In this document: positions 35,514-47,609 of the stretch, piece by piece
Numbering within the stretch: the first letter of the stretch is position 1
Layout of the letters: every line of letters begins with the position of its first letter
NCBI GenBank assembly: GCA_946965045.2
Contig: OX337239.1
Location: forward strand, 1,922,001-1,986,000
DNA from: Epithemia pelagica
Lineage: Eukaryota; Protista; Bacillariophyta
Length of the DNA: 64,000 bases
Direction: 5' to 3'
Position numbers and translations under genes: made by a program
Notes under the pieces: model-generated
Seen by the model: only the letters and a program-made list of their open reading frames with translations
What the model was told of the DNA's origin: nothing
Databases searched by the model: none

Positions 35514-38373
35514 ATGAACGTGGATGGCATGTCTCCGTGTCTAATGTTGGCTTTTGTCAGCTTGTTGCTGTCAACGACGGCTGCTTGGAATGCATTTCCT
35601 TCGTTTGCGGTACGAACCGTTCCCAACACCATGGCTGGACGATCGTTGGATTCGAGCGCCGCTCGAAGTAGCAGTACACTCAGTACACCACCCACCCTGT
35701 CGCCCTTGACGGTCGATGAGGAGGAACAAGCATCGCCGTACCAGGTGGCGCCTCTCTGGCCCTCGCATTCCAATGGATATGCGCACAAGAGCAACGATAC
35801 GGTAGCGGTGATTCAAACTTCAAGTCTATCGACAATCCCAACGCCCGAGACTCTGGTCAGTGTGGTTGGTGATAGTGCTCTTGCCATGGAATCGGACGAA
35901 CAATCAATGGAACTATTAACATTGGAACTTCAAGCGCAAGCCGCAACGGATGCCTCGTCCTTTGAAGCGACCAAGTTTCATCCATGGATTACCAATTGTC
36001 ATGTTCAGACCATTGGTGGCTTTGTCTTGCGCGATACCCCGGCAGCCTTTTTGCCCAAACACAATCCCTTGGGTTCGGTCCGTCGCATATGGCAAGGCAT
36101 TCAGTCCAAAGTACAGAAACCTGCGGATGACAATGGACCAGCGTGCAGTCGGTCCGATTTCTGGGATGTTCGACAAACCATTCCAACCAAGGATGGAGAT
36201 TGGTTTCATGCCGACACCAAATACGCCATTGGCACCGCTTCGGCGGGTGGCCAAAAGAAAATGAAACAGACTCCCTTTTTTCTTTCCGAAACATTGCCCA
36301 CTATCAACCACAAGAACGACAATCATGATGACCATCATCCTCTGATCGATGTCTCCACGATGGAGCACTTGTCGTCTTCCAGTAGTACGGACCGTCGTCC
36401 TACCCATGTCGTGTTGATTCATGGACTGGAATCCAACTCCAACTCTTCCTTGTCCAAACAAATTGCTCAGGCCTGTCACGAACAAGATATGACCGTGACC
36501 TGCCTCAATTTCCGATCCTGCTCCATGGATGGCCAAGGCAAAACGCTTCCGAATGAATTACTGGGAGGATGTAAGTTTCGTTTTCTGTTGACCTACCGGA
36601 GGAGCGAATATGTTGAACGGACTCTGGGTCGTACCTCGTTGGACTGCATTGCCGTGGTATGCAAACTCTTGTCAGAATTTTCTCACCAAAAGTATTTTCT
36701 GTGTTCTTTCTGTTTCTAGACCACCTCGGCTTTACGGATGATCTCAAGTACTATTTGGAACTCAACAAGAACAAGAATGAAGACATTTATCTCGTTGGGT
36801 ACGCCTTTTTTCTTCTGTATTGTCTCGAGTACATTCAAATCGCAGACTCTCACCTTCTTCTCTTGTTTAATCTTTGTTAGCTTCTCACTGGGTGCCAATG
36901 TCGTACTCAAGGCACTGGGCGAATTGGGCATCAAGGCGGTGCAAGACTATGGTATCCGTGGTGCTGCCGTGGCCTGTGCACCCTTTGAACAAGAAACAAA
37001 TGCCAAAGCTTTGGCACGGCCTGGTGTGAATCGATTCATTTACACCAACGGTTTGCTCAAGAGCTTGAAACGCAAAGCCGTGGATCAATGGAAACAATTC
37101 TGTTCCTCAGAAGCGGATCCAGAGTCTCCGTCGGCCAAGGCAGTGCGCGAGTACGAAAAGAAGTTTCAAGATCGCTGTTCGGATGCCATGGAAGATTTCT
37201 CCAAAGCCCTGCAACGTACATGGGTGGACATGGATGACATTATCAAAGGTCCCCGGGAAGGCGTGGTACAAGGAGTGTCTGAGCTTGTCGATTCCGTTGG
37301 TAAATTTTTGGATGGACTTGGAAAGGTCGAACCTGAAACGTCCCAACGAAAGCCCTGCACGGAATCCGCTCCCGCACCCTCAATCACGCCTGCTTGGGCC
37401 TTGAAGGATGTTTCATCTGTCACCAATGTACCGAAACTACGGCTTGAAGAAATGAAACAAATTTGGAAGTCTTTTACAAACGGTTTCTCCAAAATACAAA
37501 CGGGTGTGTCTCGTGAAACAATCTTGGCCTCAGCCATCATGGGATCTCTGGTCGCGACAAATGCTGGATCAATGGACCACTTGGATGTGGCAGTCGCAAC
37601 AGGTCTGCTGGCGGCTTACTCATCTCTCCTCAAAGGTCCTGTAGGTGCTGCCATGAGGGTAATGGGGAATCTGGGACTTTCCGTCTCTCTCCTTGGCCAA
37701 GAACTTTTGAGACAGTCTCAAGTAGTTCGTCAAGAGCGCGCAGCGGAACTGGCGGCTTTGCCAACGGCCCATACGGACATGAGTGATAAGTTAGTACCAA
37801 CCAAAGGCAAGGACTTGTTTGATTTGCCACGTGCTCTTGCTGCCAAAACCATTACAGAATTTGACGACGCCTTTATTGCTCCCATTTATGGATTTGATGA
37901 CTGTTGGGACTATTATCGAAAGACATCATCTGTATTCTTCCTGGAAGATATTGTTGTTCCTACGTTGGTAGTCAATGCACAGGATGGTAAGTAAAGGCTT
38001 GTAGCGGGTCGCTGGATTTGAAACTCGTAGCATCACATTCCGATCCATGTTTTTGTTTTGTTTGTTGTCGGTGTTGTGTTGAACAGATCCCTTCTTTGAT
38101 CCATCCGTGCATCCCGTTGAGAAGACCGTCGACGGTGGTGGACGTGCCCCAGTCAAGCTGGTACGAACCGATTCTGGAGGTCATTTAGGTTTCTGCTTTC
38201 AGCAAGTAGAGGGTAATCAGGTTGACGGGGAAGCGGCAACGTCGAATGGCGTCAGTTGGATGCCATCGGAACTAGCTCGCTTCCTAGGACATATTCAAGG
38301 ACGAAGGAGGTCCAAGCGTGCGCTTCTTCAACATTTATTGCCAGTCGAACAACTCTATGGGGAACCACGATAA
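35514..38373 (+). CDS. Alpha/beta hydrolase, YheT/ABHD1-3 family (exons to 36570, 36720-36798, 36881-37986, 38087-38373); start approximate
   Basis: NCHVQTIGG, VLIHGLESNS, CLNFRSCS, YHLGFTDD, nucleophile elbow GFSLG across intron 2, EFDDAFIAPIYGF, NAQDDPF, GGHLGF. Confidence 0.9.
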
Positions 38374-38642
38374 TCCTGGTATCGACCGAGTGTTTTGGCT
38401 TGTGAAAAATGTTAGACGTTAGATCTGTCTGAACCAAGGCCGGTGGTGTACACACAACATTGTCCACGTTGAAAAACCGGAATTTTAGATGGTTCCCTGT
38501 CCTGTATTACACATTAGATGTACATTAATGCTTTCCCATTTGTTACGGCTTTTGGCCCTGAAACTAGAAGAAAAAACAAATTGGCCGGTTCAGGTTGTGT
38601 TGCAAAGGACATATTTAGATTCATTTTCTCCTAACTATAAAT

Positions 38643-38723
38643 GACACGTTGGCCGAGTGGTTAAGGCGACTGACTCGAAATCAGTTGGGGTCACCCGCGT
38701 AGGTTCGAGTCCTGCACGTGTCG
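38643..38723 (+). tRNA. tRNA-Ser(CGA)
   Basis: Acceptor GACACGT/ACGTGTC, anticodon stem ACTGA-CT-CGA-AA-TCAGT, long variable arm, T-loop GGTTCGAGTCC, T-run shortly downstream. Confidence 0.97.
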
Positions 38724-40420
38724 ATTTACTTTTGTCCAGATTGGACGTATCGAGGGTAGTAGAGTTATCTAGAAAAGCTTGTAATGTTAGTTGATGCGCG
38801 TCGTAGGAGGTTGTTTTGATGGTAATCTTTACTCTAAGAAGGAAGCCTTTTGCTTTACATGTTTGACGACCTAGATCCCGAACTGATTCGAATATTCCGT
38901 CCATGCATGCGCAACTGTTTGGAAAGCTACGTGGCCTAGGGGATACTTCGAAAGAGGGGAACAAATACTCACACTTGGGTGAAAGAAGTGCTTTCTGCTG
39001 TTTACATTCACTCATTTCTGCTGCGATTAATTCCACTCAAATCCACACTTATAATCAAAGGTCCAAAGTGTTTTGTCTTACATGCGAGATCGATGGAGTT
39101 CGTCTATTAGCAAGGCAAAGGCCACCATAAGACCAGGATCATGATTCGAGTGTGCTTGGACGTGGACATTCCAGTCTTGTCCTGTTTCTTGAATAGAGGC
39201 GTAGGACGATCCCTTACCCACTGTGGTTCTGACATTGCGTTGCGAGACAGTGGTAGAATGGGTGGCAACTTTGACGGCATAGTGCTTGGGTTTGGTATCG
39301 TTTCGGCCTTGAAAGAAACCACGTACACCACCACTGCTTCCTTCTCGTTCAGCGGTATATTGCCATCCATTGTGCATGGTTAGATGAAATTTTCGTTTCG
39401 AACCATTTGTGAGCATGCTATCGGCCTTGGCAAGAGACCCCCAGGTGTAGAGAGGGCGGCCATCATCGTATTTCATGGTAATACTTGGTTTCTGATTCGG
39501 TACGTAGGGCACAAAGCCAAATACATGGAACTTGTCGGGATTTTGCGGGTCGTTTTTGCGCATTACAGCACAGGGCTGTGGAGGGGTCGTGCTCGTATCA
39601 AACAAAATGACTTGCGAGCCTTTAGCCGTTACTTTTGATTGCAAACGAAGCGGAAAGGCTGCTCCCGTATCTGTATATATGCCCAATTCATGTTCCGGGG
39701 TACCCTGTAGCCAAAGATTACGTTTAACGGTGATGCGATACTCCTTCCCCGGCGAAAGAGAAGGGACAAGTTGAACTTTGTGGCCCGATAAAAGTGATGC
39801 TGTCGTGGTGGTAGCAGTTGTGACAGTCGTTGCCGCGGCTGGAACCATGGCTGCTGCGGGCGGTGCCGAAGGCGCTACCACGACATCGGAAGCAGCGACA
39901 GCAATCTCAGGATCCTCGATTGGAGTAGCAGTTGCTGTGGCGACGGCAATTTCGGGTTCGTCTTCGGTCAGTTTGGTACTGGGCGTGGCAGGAACAAATA
40001 TCTCCGTCTCTTGCGTAGCCGGAGGGGCCGATGGGGCCGGATTAACATGTGCGTAGGGATTGAAGGGTTGGACGGGGTCTGTCCATTGTATAATATGTAT
40101 AGATATGGCCCAAGGAAACAGATAACGAGGAAAACAACAAAAGGCACGGATGAGTCAATCGACAATCAAGAAAGTGACATCGAAACAGGTGCAGACATTC
40201 TTTGCTTCTCTGGATGGTGACCTTTTAGGTTTATCATTTCCCATTTCAGGGTAACGACGTCTTTTCACCTACCTTGCTTTGTCATGGTCAATACAACGGA
40301 TTCTTTTTTTTTGGAAACAACACAGTGATCTCTGAAACAAGAAGTGGGATTCAATTCCAGTCTTGATCTTGAGCGACCAAAAAATGCAATGATATGCGCG
40401 ATTTAAATAAAATGTGTGGA
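38656..40420 (+). repeat. Tandem duplication unit 1 (1,765 bp)
   Basis: Matches 40421-42185; the only difference I found is T40043 vs C41808. Confidence 0.95.
39078..40285 (-). CDS. LURP-one/Tubby-C-like domain protein, copy 1 (likely exons 40285-40273 and 40078-39078)
   Basis: P/A/T-rich N-terminus, then a beta-rich domain ending in the helix DPGLMVAFALLIDEL. The first-exon model MTKQ G|gtaggt...cag is inferred. Confidence 0.6.
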
Positions 40421-40488
40421 AGTGGTTAAGGCGACTGACTCGAAATCAGTTGGGGTCACCCGCGTAGGTTCGAGTCCTGCACGTGTCG
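40421..40488 (+). pseudogene. 5'-truncated tRNA-Ser(CGA) copy
   Basis: Lacks the first 13 nt (acceptor 5' strand and start of the A box); B box intact. Confidence 0.9.
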
Positions 40489-40842
40489 ATTTACTTTTGT
40501 CCAGATTGGACGTATCGAGGGTAGTAGAGTTATCTAGAAAAGCTTGTAATGTTAGTTGATGCGCGTCGTAGGAGGTTGTTTTGATGGTAATCTTTACTCT
40601 AAGAAGGAAGCCTTTTGCTTTACATGTTTGACGACCTAGATCCCGAACTGATTCGAATATTCCGTCCATGCATGCGCAACTGTTTGGAAAGCTACGTGGC
40701 CTAGGGGATACTTCGAAAGAGGGGAACAAATACTCACACTTGGGTGAAAGAAGTGCTTTCTGCTGTTTACATTCACTCATTTCTGCTGCGATTAATTCCA
40801 CTCAAATCCACACTTATAATCAAAGGTCCAAAGTGTTTTGTC

Positions 40843-42050
40843 TTACATGCGAGATCGATGGAGTTCGTCTATTAGCAAGGCAAAGGCCACCATAAGACCA
40901 GGATCATGATTCGAGTGTGCTTGGACGTGGACATTCCAGTCTTGTCCTGTTTCTTGAATAGAGGCGTAGGACGATCCCTTACCCACTGTGGTTCTGACAT
41001 TGCGTTGCGAGACAGTGGTAGAATGGGTGGCAACTTTGACGGCATAGTGCTTGGGTTTGGTATCGTTTCGGCCTTGAAAGAAACCACGTACACCACCACT
41101 GCTTCCTTCTCGTTCAGCGGTATATTGCCATCCATTGTGCATGGTTAGATGAAATTTTCGTTTCGAACCATTTGTGAGCATGCTATCGGCCTTGGCAAGA
41201 GACCCCCAGGTGTAGAGAGGGCGGCCATCATCGTATTTCATGGTAATACTTGGTTTCTGATTCGGTACGTAGGGCACAAAGCCAAATACATGGAACTTGT
41301 CGGGATTTTGCGGGTCGTTTTTGCGCATTACAGCACAGGGCTGTGGAGGGGTCGTGCTCGTATCAAACAAAATGACTTGCGAGCCTTTAGCCGTTACTTT
41401 TGATTGCAAACGAAGCGGAAAGGCTGCTCCCGTATCTGTATATATGCCCAATTCATGTTCCGGGGTACCCTGTAGCCAAAGATTACGTTTAACGGTGATG
41501 CGATACTCCTTCCCCGGCGAAAGAGAAGGGACAAGTTGAACTTTGTGGCCCGATAAAAGTGATGCTGTCGTGGTGGTAGCAGTTGTGACAGTCGTTGCCG
41601 CGGCTGGAACCATGGCTGCTGCGGGCGGTGCCGAAGGCGCTACCACGACATCGGAAGCAGCGACAGCAATCTCAGGATCCTCGATTGGAGTAGCAGTTGC
41701 TGTGGCGACGGCAATTTCGGGTTCGTCTTCGGTCAGTTTGGTACTGGGCGTGGCAGGAACAAATATCTCCGTCTCTTGCGTAGCCGGAGGGGCCGATGGG
41801 GCCGGATCAACATGTGCGTAGGGATTGAAGGGTTGGACGGGGTCTGTCCATTGTATAATATGTATAGATATGGCCCAAGGAAACAGATAACGAGGAAAAC
41901 AACAAAAGGCACGGATGAGTCAATCGACAATCAAGAAAGTGACATCGAAACAGGTGCAGACATTCTTTGCTTCTCTGGATGGTGACCTTTTAGGTTTATC
42001 ATTTCCCATTTCAGGGTAACGACGTCTTTTCACCTACCTTGCTTTGTCAT
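40843..42050 (-). CDS. LURP-one/Tubby-C-like domain protein, copy 2
   Basis: Duplicate of 39078-40285 with one N-to-D change (HVNP vs HVDP). Confidence 0.6.
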
Positions 42051-42595
42051 GGTCAATACAACGGATTCTTTTTTTTTGGAAACAACACAGTGATCTCTGA
42101 AACAAGAAGTGGGATTCAATTCCAGTCTTGATCTTGAGCGACCAAAAAATGCAATGATATGCGCGATTTAAATAAAATGTGTGGAAAAACGTCTAGCTAG
42201 GAGTATCTAGGAGGTACCCCTAAGGTAGGCCCTATCAGTTCCCCCAATTCAGAGCTCCAACTTTCATCTCGCTCTAGTTTTATGAATAAGGAACTATGTA
42301 ACATGGTAAACGATTCCACTGGGGAACCAAAGAGACAGCGTGACAAGCGTCTTGACAGCGAAGTTGGATCGCTTTTGAAGCAGCGCCATCATATCAGAGT
42401 AAAAGCAGACCGTGAACCTTTGCGTGCTCGAGCATGCCTCCAGAACTCGATCATGCAGTGCCCTTACAACTAAACTTGCAGGCTTTCCATCGAATTGAAG
42501 GATTTCGTACCAGCCCAACAGACATCGGGTTTCCCTGGTAGTCCTTCTAAGACCGTGTTGCTCGTTATTTGTCTTATTCGGCAATCTCCAATCGC

Positions 42596-44711
42596 TTAGC
42601 ATCCCTGTTTGAATTCCCATCCAAAAATGTCATGATTGTCAGAACTTCCTCCGACGGATGCCGTATATCCCACAAACAAGATTTGATCGCCATCTTGGAA
42701 AAAGAAATCTTGCAACCGTACATTGTTCATTCGGAGATTGGGAAATCGGGGTCGATCGTCACCCGTATTGTTGAACGTCACATCGAGTCGTCCATCGTTG
42801 CCTCCGCAATTGTACTCGACCCACATACGACCAACGTTGTTACCTCCGTCGTCCGTCCGGATTTGTTCATCACTGGTCTGCGCTAATGTGTCAAACTCGC
42901 CCATACCGCGACCTACTTGTACAACATGGATATTGTTTCTGCCAACGTCTTGTCGACCAGGGTTTTGAACTGGACACGACAAAATTCCAAAGATAATGTC
43001 AGGGTTCAGATTGCTTATCGTAGCAAGGCAGTCAGACACTTTGCGACTTACAAGTATCCCACTCAATCGCCAGAGATGGTTTGATGGTTTCCTGAAAAGA
43101 TCCATATACGCCAATACCACCTCCAGTATTGCCGAGCGCCCTGGCTCCTCGAGGATCTTGGTGCATGACAAACACCATACCATCGGCTGCTCCATCACCT
43201 GCGCCATAGAGGCGGTATCCAATGGTCATTGAGAAGGAAAACTGATTTGGATCTGTTACGGGAACACCCAAGAATGCTGATCCTGCCGTAAACTCCTGAG
43301 TGTTTGCCGTCATTCGCAAGAAGCAAAGAGTGTTTGGATCATTCGGATTGATTTCCTCGAATCGCGGATACTCAGCATCAGCAGGGTTGGAGTTGATGGA
43401 CGCGAAAATGCTTTGATCGCAGGGAAAGCCAGACAGAAAGTCAATAGGAAGCGCAGTGGGAAAGGGCGTTGGTTGTCTGGTAGGGTTGGGTGTTGGTCTC
43501 GGTGTCGGATTCCTTGTAGGACTGGGTGTTGGTTGTGGTGTTGGTTGTGGTGTTGGACTCTTTGTAGGATTCGGTGATGGACGTTGAGTTGGATTCGATG
43601 TTGGATTGGTAGTAGGCAATTGGGTTGGCTCCGCAGTGGTAAGCACTGGTGCAAACGTTGGGTTAACAGTCGGAAATGGAGAAGGAGGGCTGTTTGTAGG
43701 GGACGCTGATGGTGTGGTTGTGGGTTCCTCCGACGGTGATGCTATGGGAGTCGTAGAAGGAGAGGAAGACGGGTGATTGGAGGTAGGAGAAAGAGTTGGC
43801 GTTGTACCAGATGGATTTGCGGTTGGAACGTTGGAGGGTTCCGACGAAAGAGACGGTGCGCCTGTGGTTGGTGCCATTGTCGGATTGGCCGTTTGTGGTT
43901 CCTCTGTGGGAGACGAAGTACTGGACGCTGGCTTTGGGGTTGGCGGGGTGGTTGGTTTTGCTAATTTCTCGTCCCGGCTGCTTTTGTTCATCTTCTTTTT
44001 CTTTTCTACCTCCTTTTTACTCTTCTTGCTCGTTGATGGTGAAGAGGTACCATCGGATTTCTTGTCAGATTTTGGAGTTTTCGGAGATTTGACTTTTTTG
44101 CTTGTTTTCTTAGGTGCCTTGGATGATTTACTATTGGGGTATCTCGCCGGCGAACGCGTTGACGCGTGTTTTTTGCCATTCGACAACTTTTCAGTGCTTG
44201 CACGAGGGTCGTCCTTGTCTTTTTCTTTCTTACTCATGTGCACATCATCATAGGGAGTTGGACTCTGTGATGGCTTGGCACGTTGCTCGACTTTGTCGTC
44301 GTCGTCGTTTTCCTTTTTCGTGCCTACTGGAGATGCTGCTTTCTTTCCAGACTTGATTCTTCCAGGACAAAGGGTTGTACTTTTCTTGCCTTTGGAGTCA
44401 GCCGATTTGGATTCCTTGGTCGATTTTGAATAGCTATCGTCTTTGTTCGATTTGGAGTCTTTCTTTTTCGTTTCCTTGGTCGATTTCGTATAGACTTGGG
44501 CATGGTCGTCGTAGTATTCTTCCTCCTCACAGTCCTCTGTTGTGCCAGTCTTTGCTATATCACTATCATCGTACTCACCGCCACCAATGGGAATAACATT
44601 CTGGCTAATAACTGTTTCGTTGTTGGTAACAGATGGGATTGACAAGGGGATAATCACAGTCTCTTGCACTGTCATTGAAATCGAAGCCAAGAGCACAACA
44701 AGTTGAAGCAT
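42596..44711 (-). CDS. Secreted/surface protein: Lys/Ser-rich region + PT-rich mucin-like stalk + C-terminal L-type (legume) lectin domain (exons 44711-43052, 42969-42596)
   Basis: Hydrophobic N-terminus; ADGMVFVMHQD, GGGIGVYG, AIEWDT|FQN across intron 42970-43051, FVGYTASVGG...HDIFGW. Confidence 0.85.
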
Positions 44712-45294
44712 GATTGCGAGGGCAAGGAAAATGAGACAGATGGAGGTTCCCTACCGATGCGACCAAAGAAATGACCCATCCGTCGCGCAACTGCAGTCAG
44801 TGAGTAGTCTCATCATCATATGAGTCTTTCGAAGCAAACGTGTTTGGTCGACACCTCAAGTTTTTGTGGTACGTTCATGGATTCCGCAAGGCCCTTGATC
44901 TAGTAGAGACACGGGCTGTCATTTGTATCTAGAATGCTCCGGTTTCTCACATGGTTGCCAAAAATGTGAGGGCGTTGACAAAAGATTCTGTTGGTGCAAG
45001 ACTCGTGGTGTTTTTCATTCTTGTTTGTAATGCCTTGATCTTGGTCCCGTAGGGTTTTTGGTAGAGATGTTAGAGAGTGGGCCGGTGGAGCACGCGTGCC
45101 TTGTGTGCACCCTGCGACTGCAGCCCCACGCCCCACCGGCTTTTTCCATCCCACAATTCTATCCAACTAACAACTACTCCCAGGGAGTAACTATACTCTG
45201 GACGACGGTAGCTGAAAACTGAAAGGACAATGGCAAGACCACAAAACCATTGAGTAGGAACATGAGGGAATAGGAGTACAGTGTTATGTTACTT

Positions 45295-47265
45295 TTACCC
45301 TTCCATTTGTTGTATTATCACCCTTCGGAGTTCTTGAGCCAGTTGACGACTGGTTGCAGCATCCTCACTTTCTTTGCTTTGTTCTCCTGCTCCTGCTGCT
45401 GTGGACGACGACAAGACGACGGCTTGTACTTGATCCAGTTCGTCCGCCAATCCCAACTGGTGTGCCAATTCCAACGCCGGACGAGACGGTCGAGTGGTTG
45501 TTGTAATGGTCGTTTTGGCAGTGGCAGTGCCAGAGGATGATGACACGACGACCAGGGGGACCAAAATTCGTCCCGCCATGACCAGTCTTCGCAATTGAAC
45601 CGTCTCATCTGGTTCCAAGGATACCGTTTCCAAGGCGGCACACAGCAAGGTGACCAACGTGTCACTCAATGTGTTTGTTGTTGTTGTTGTTGTTGTTGTT
45701 GTGTCGTCCTGCTGTTGCGAGGCGAGTTGGAGTGTCAAGTTGTAACAACAGGCGGCAGCCGCTTGTCGAATGGCACTGTTGTTCTGCTTCTTGTGCTTTG
45801 TCGTGTTGCCACCCTTGTCGTCGTCGTCTGTGTGGGTCATGGCACCAATCGCAGCTTGAACCAAGGCTTCTTCTGGAGTATCGGCTTGTGGTTGTTGCTG
45901 GTTTTTGTGGTCATTCGGGTCCATGGATTTCGTCCTCCATCCCATGGTATAATGCTTGTTGGGAAACGAGGCGGCCACGGCATTGCTCACCACCAACCAG
46001 GCCAAGGCCCGTGTGGGTACGGTCCAATGGACGACCGTCCATGACCATGACGAATGCGAGGAATTGTTGTCGTCTTCCTTGTCTTGTTGTTGTTGTTGTT
46101 GTTGTTGTTGTTGGTTGGTCAATTGATGCACAATCCAACCGAGGCATTCCTGACAAGGCTCGACCAAGAGACTTTGTGGGTCCGTAACGACAATGCGCAA
46201 CACCAAGAGTATGTACAACACCAATGAACCAGATGACGATTGTGGTTGTGAAAGACATTGCCACAAGATGTGACACAATCGCGTCGTGTCGGGTCGAGAC
46301 AGTGGGCGATTGGTCTGGAGTGGTTCTTGACAGGATACCAAAAAGGCCGCGTCGTCCTCCGACGACACGTGTGGGGTCAGTTTGCGAAAACAAAGAGAAA
46401 TAGTGGTGACATCATTGGATACCAGAGGTTGCACAAAGGAATCCAACGTCAACCGTGGAGGATGATCGGGTTCCGCCGGGTTGTTGGTACTTTGAGTCGT
46501 GGTGGTGGTGGTGCTAACTGCAGTGTTGTTATTCGAGGCTACGTTGGTAGAAGAAGCATTCGTAGTAGAAGAGGTAGAAGAAGTAGTGGACAGATTGGCC
46601 CAAGGATTGGCCGCGGCTGTGGAGTTGGTGGAGGCCCATGGATTAGTTGCATGGTTGGACAATGTTGTAGGACGAGTCATTGAATTTGGGGTTGTTGTTG
46701 TTGTTGCGGCAGTCGTAGAATGATACGGAGTTGTCGTGGACAGCGAGTGGGCTCCTTGTACCGGTGCTCGCAATTGCATTTGATCCAGCATGGGTCGAAC
46801 CAATTGTCCCATGGGAGAGGCCAAAAATCGTTGAGGTACTTGCAACACCCAATCGGGTACCCCCTGGGACAAGGCCAAGCCTTCCAGAGCGGCACAATGG
46901 GCAAAATGATTGCAATTGCACTCCAACAAATCATACGACTGGGCCGTAAAGCGAGAGGTGGCATGACACCACTCTTCAAAGGCGGCTTGCGATACGGTCG
47001 TTCGACCCAAGTCCAACACTTGCATGGGTACCATACCCGTCATTTGACGAAACAAGGTGGGAGATTCGGATTGAATGCCGGATCCAAAAAAGTATTCTTG
47101 ACCGTACACAATCAACCCGGAATGAGGAATGGCCTCGATCGAGTAGGCTGGACCACCTAGAAATTGAGCCGATAAGGAACGAGCCATGCCTCGCGATAAA
47201 TCGTAAATGGCCAACTGGACCGGATACGATACTACTGTTGGTGGCGTTGGTGTCGTCGTTGACAT
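45295..47265 (-). CDS. PPPDE/DeSI deSUMOylating isopeptidase with C-terminal PUL-like helical region
   Basis: VQLAIYDLSRG, HSGLIVYGQEYFFG, YDLLECNCNHF (catalytic His/Cys dyad); AAAACCYNL in the C-terminal region. Confidence 0.9.
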   Translation of the reverse strand: MSTTTPTPPTVVSYPVQLAIYDLSRGMARSLSAQFLGGPAYSIEAIPHSGLIVYGQEYFFGSGIQSESPTLFRQMTGMVPMQVLDLGRTTVSQAAFEEWCHATSRFTAQSYDLLECNCNHFAHCAALEGLALSQGVPDWVLQVPQRFLASPMGQLVRPMLDQMQLRAPVQGAHSLSTTTPYHSTTAATTTTTPNSMTRPTTLSNHATNPWASTNSTAAANPWANLSTTSSTSSTTNASSTNVASNNNTAVSTTTTTTQSTNNPAEPDHPPRLTLDSFVQPLVSNDVTTISLCFRKLTPHVSSEDDAAFLVSCQEPLQTNRPLSRPDTTRLCHILWQCLSQPQSSSGSLVLYILLVLRIVVTDPQSLLVEPCQECLGWIVHQLTNQQQQQQQQQQDKEDDNNSSHSSWSWTVVHWTVPTRALAWLVVSNAVAASFPNKHYTMGWRTKSMDPNDHKNQQQPQADTPEEALVQAAIGAMTHTDDDDKGGNTTKHKKQNNSAIRQAAAACCYNLTLQLASQQQDDTTTTTTTTTNTLSDTLVTLLCAALETVSLEPDETVQLRRLVMAGRILVPLVVVSSSSGTATAKTTITTTTRPSRPALELAHQLGLADELDQVQAVVLSSSTAAGAGEQSKESEDAATSRQLAQELRRVIIQQMEG

Positions 47266-47609
47266 GGTTCGTGCAGATGAATGCAAGAGGAAAGAGTCCG
47301 AATACCAGCAACAACACACGCAAGAGCGATGATGAGTTCAATTGGCTTCGTCGTTGGACGAATGGATTCGGAAGAGATGCCAATCACTGATGAATCGCGG
47401 ATGAGTCACATTTGTAGAATAGGCGAAAAAGTATTCGGTCGCGCTTTGGACTTAGGGAGGAATCTTCGAACGCAAATCTGCGTCAGACGGGTCTGGAATG
47501 ATATCCGACTGCTCCATAGAACAGCAAAAAAAAAAACGACAACAATCATCTTGCTATCAGAATCTACCAAAGGCTCAAAGCAATACGAAACAACAAGAGA
47601 ATTTTCATC

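Larger units (their letters stand above)
40421..42185 (+). repeat. Tandem duplication unit 2 (1,765 bp)
   Basis: Junction ...AATGTGTGGA|AGTGGTTAAGG with 1-bp microhomology. Confidence 0.95.

Noticed and set aside
38643-40488. tRNA 3' part repeated 1.77 kb downstream, resembling attL/attR of an integrative island
   Set aside because: The whole intervening 1,765 bp is duplicated too and no integrase is present, so it is a tandem duplication.
44711-44820. In-frame TAG between an upstream ATG and the lectin gene (also an early TAG at 20587 minus), suggesting stop-codon reassignment
   Set aside because: Conserved genes here terminate normally at TAG (e.g. LeuRS, ADK) and contain no internal stops; downstream ATGs or pseudogenisation explain these cases.
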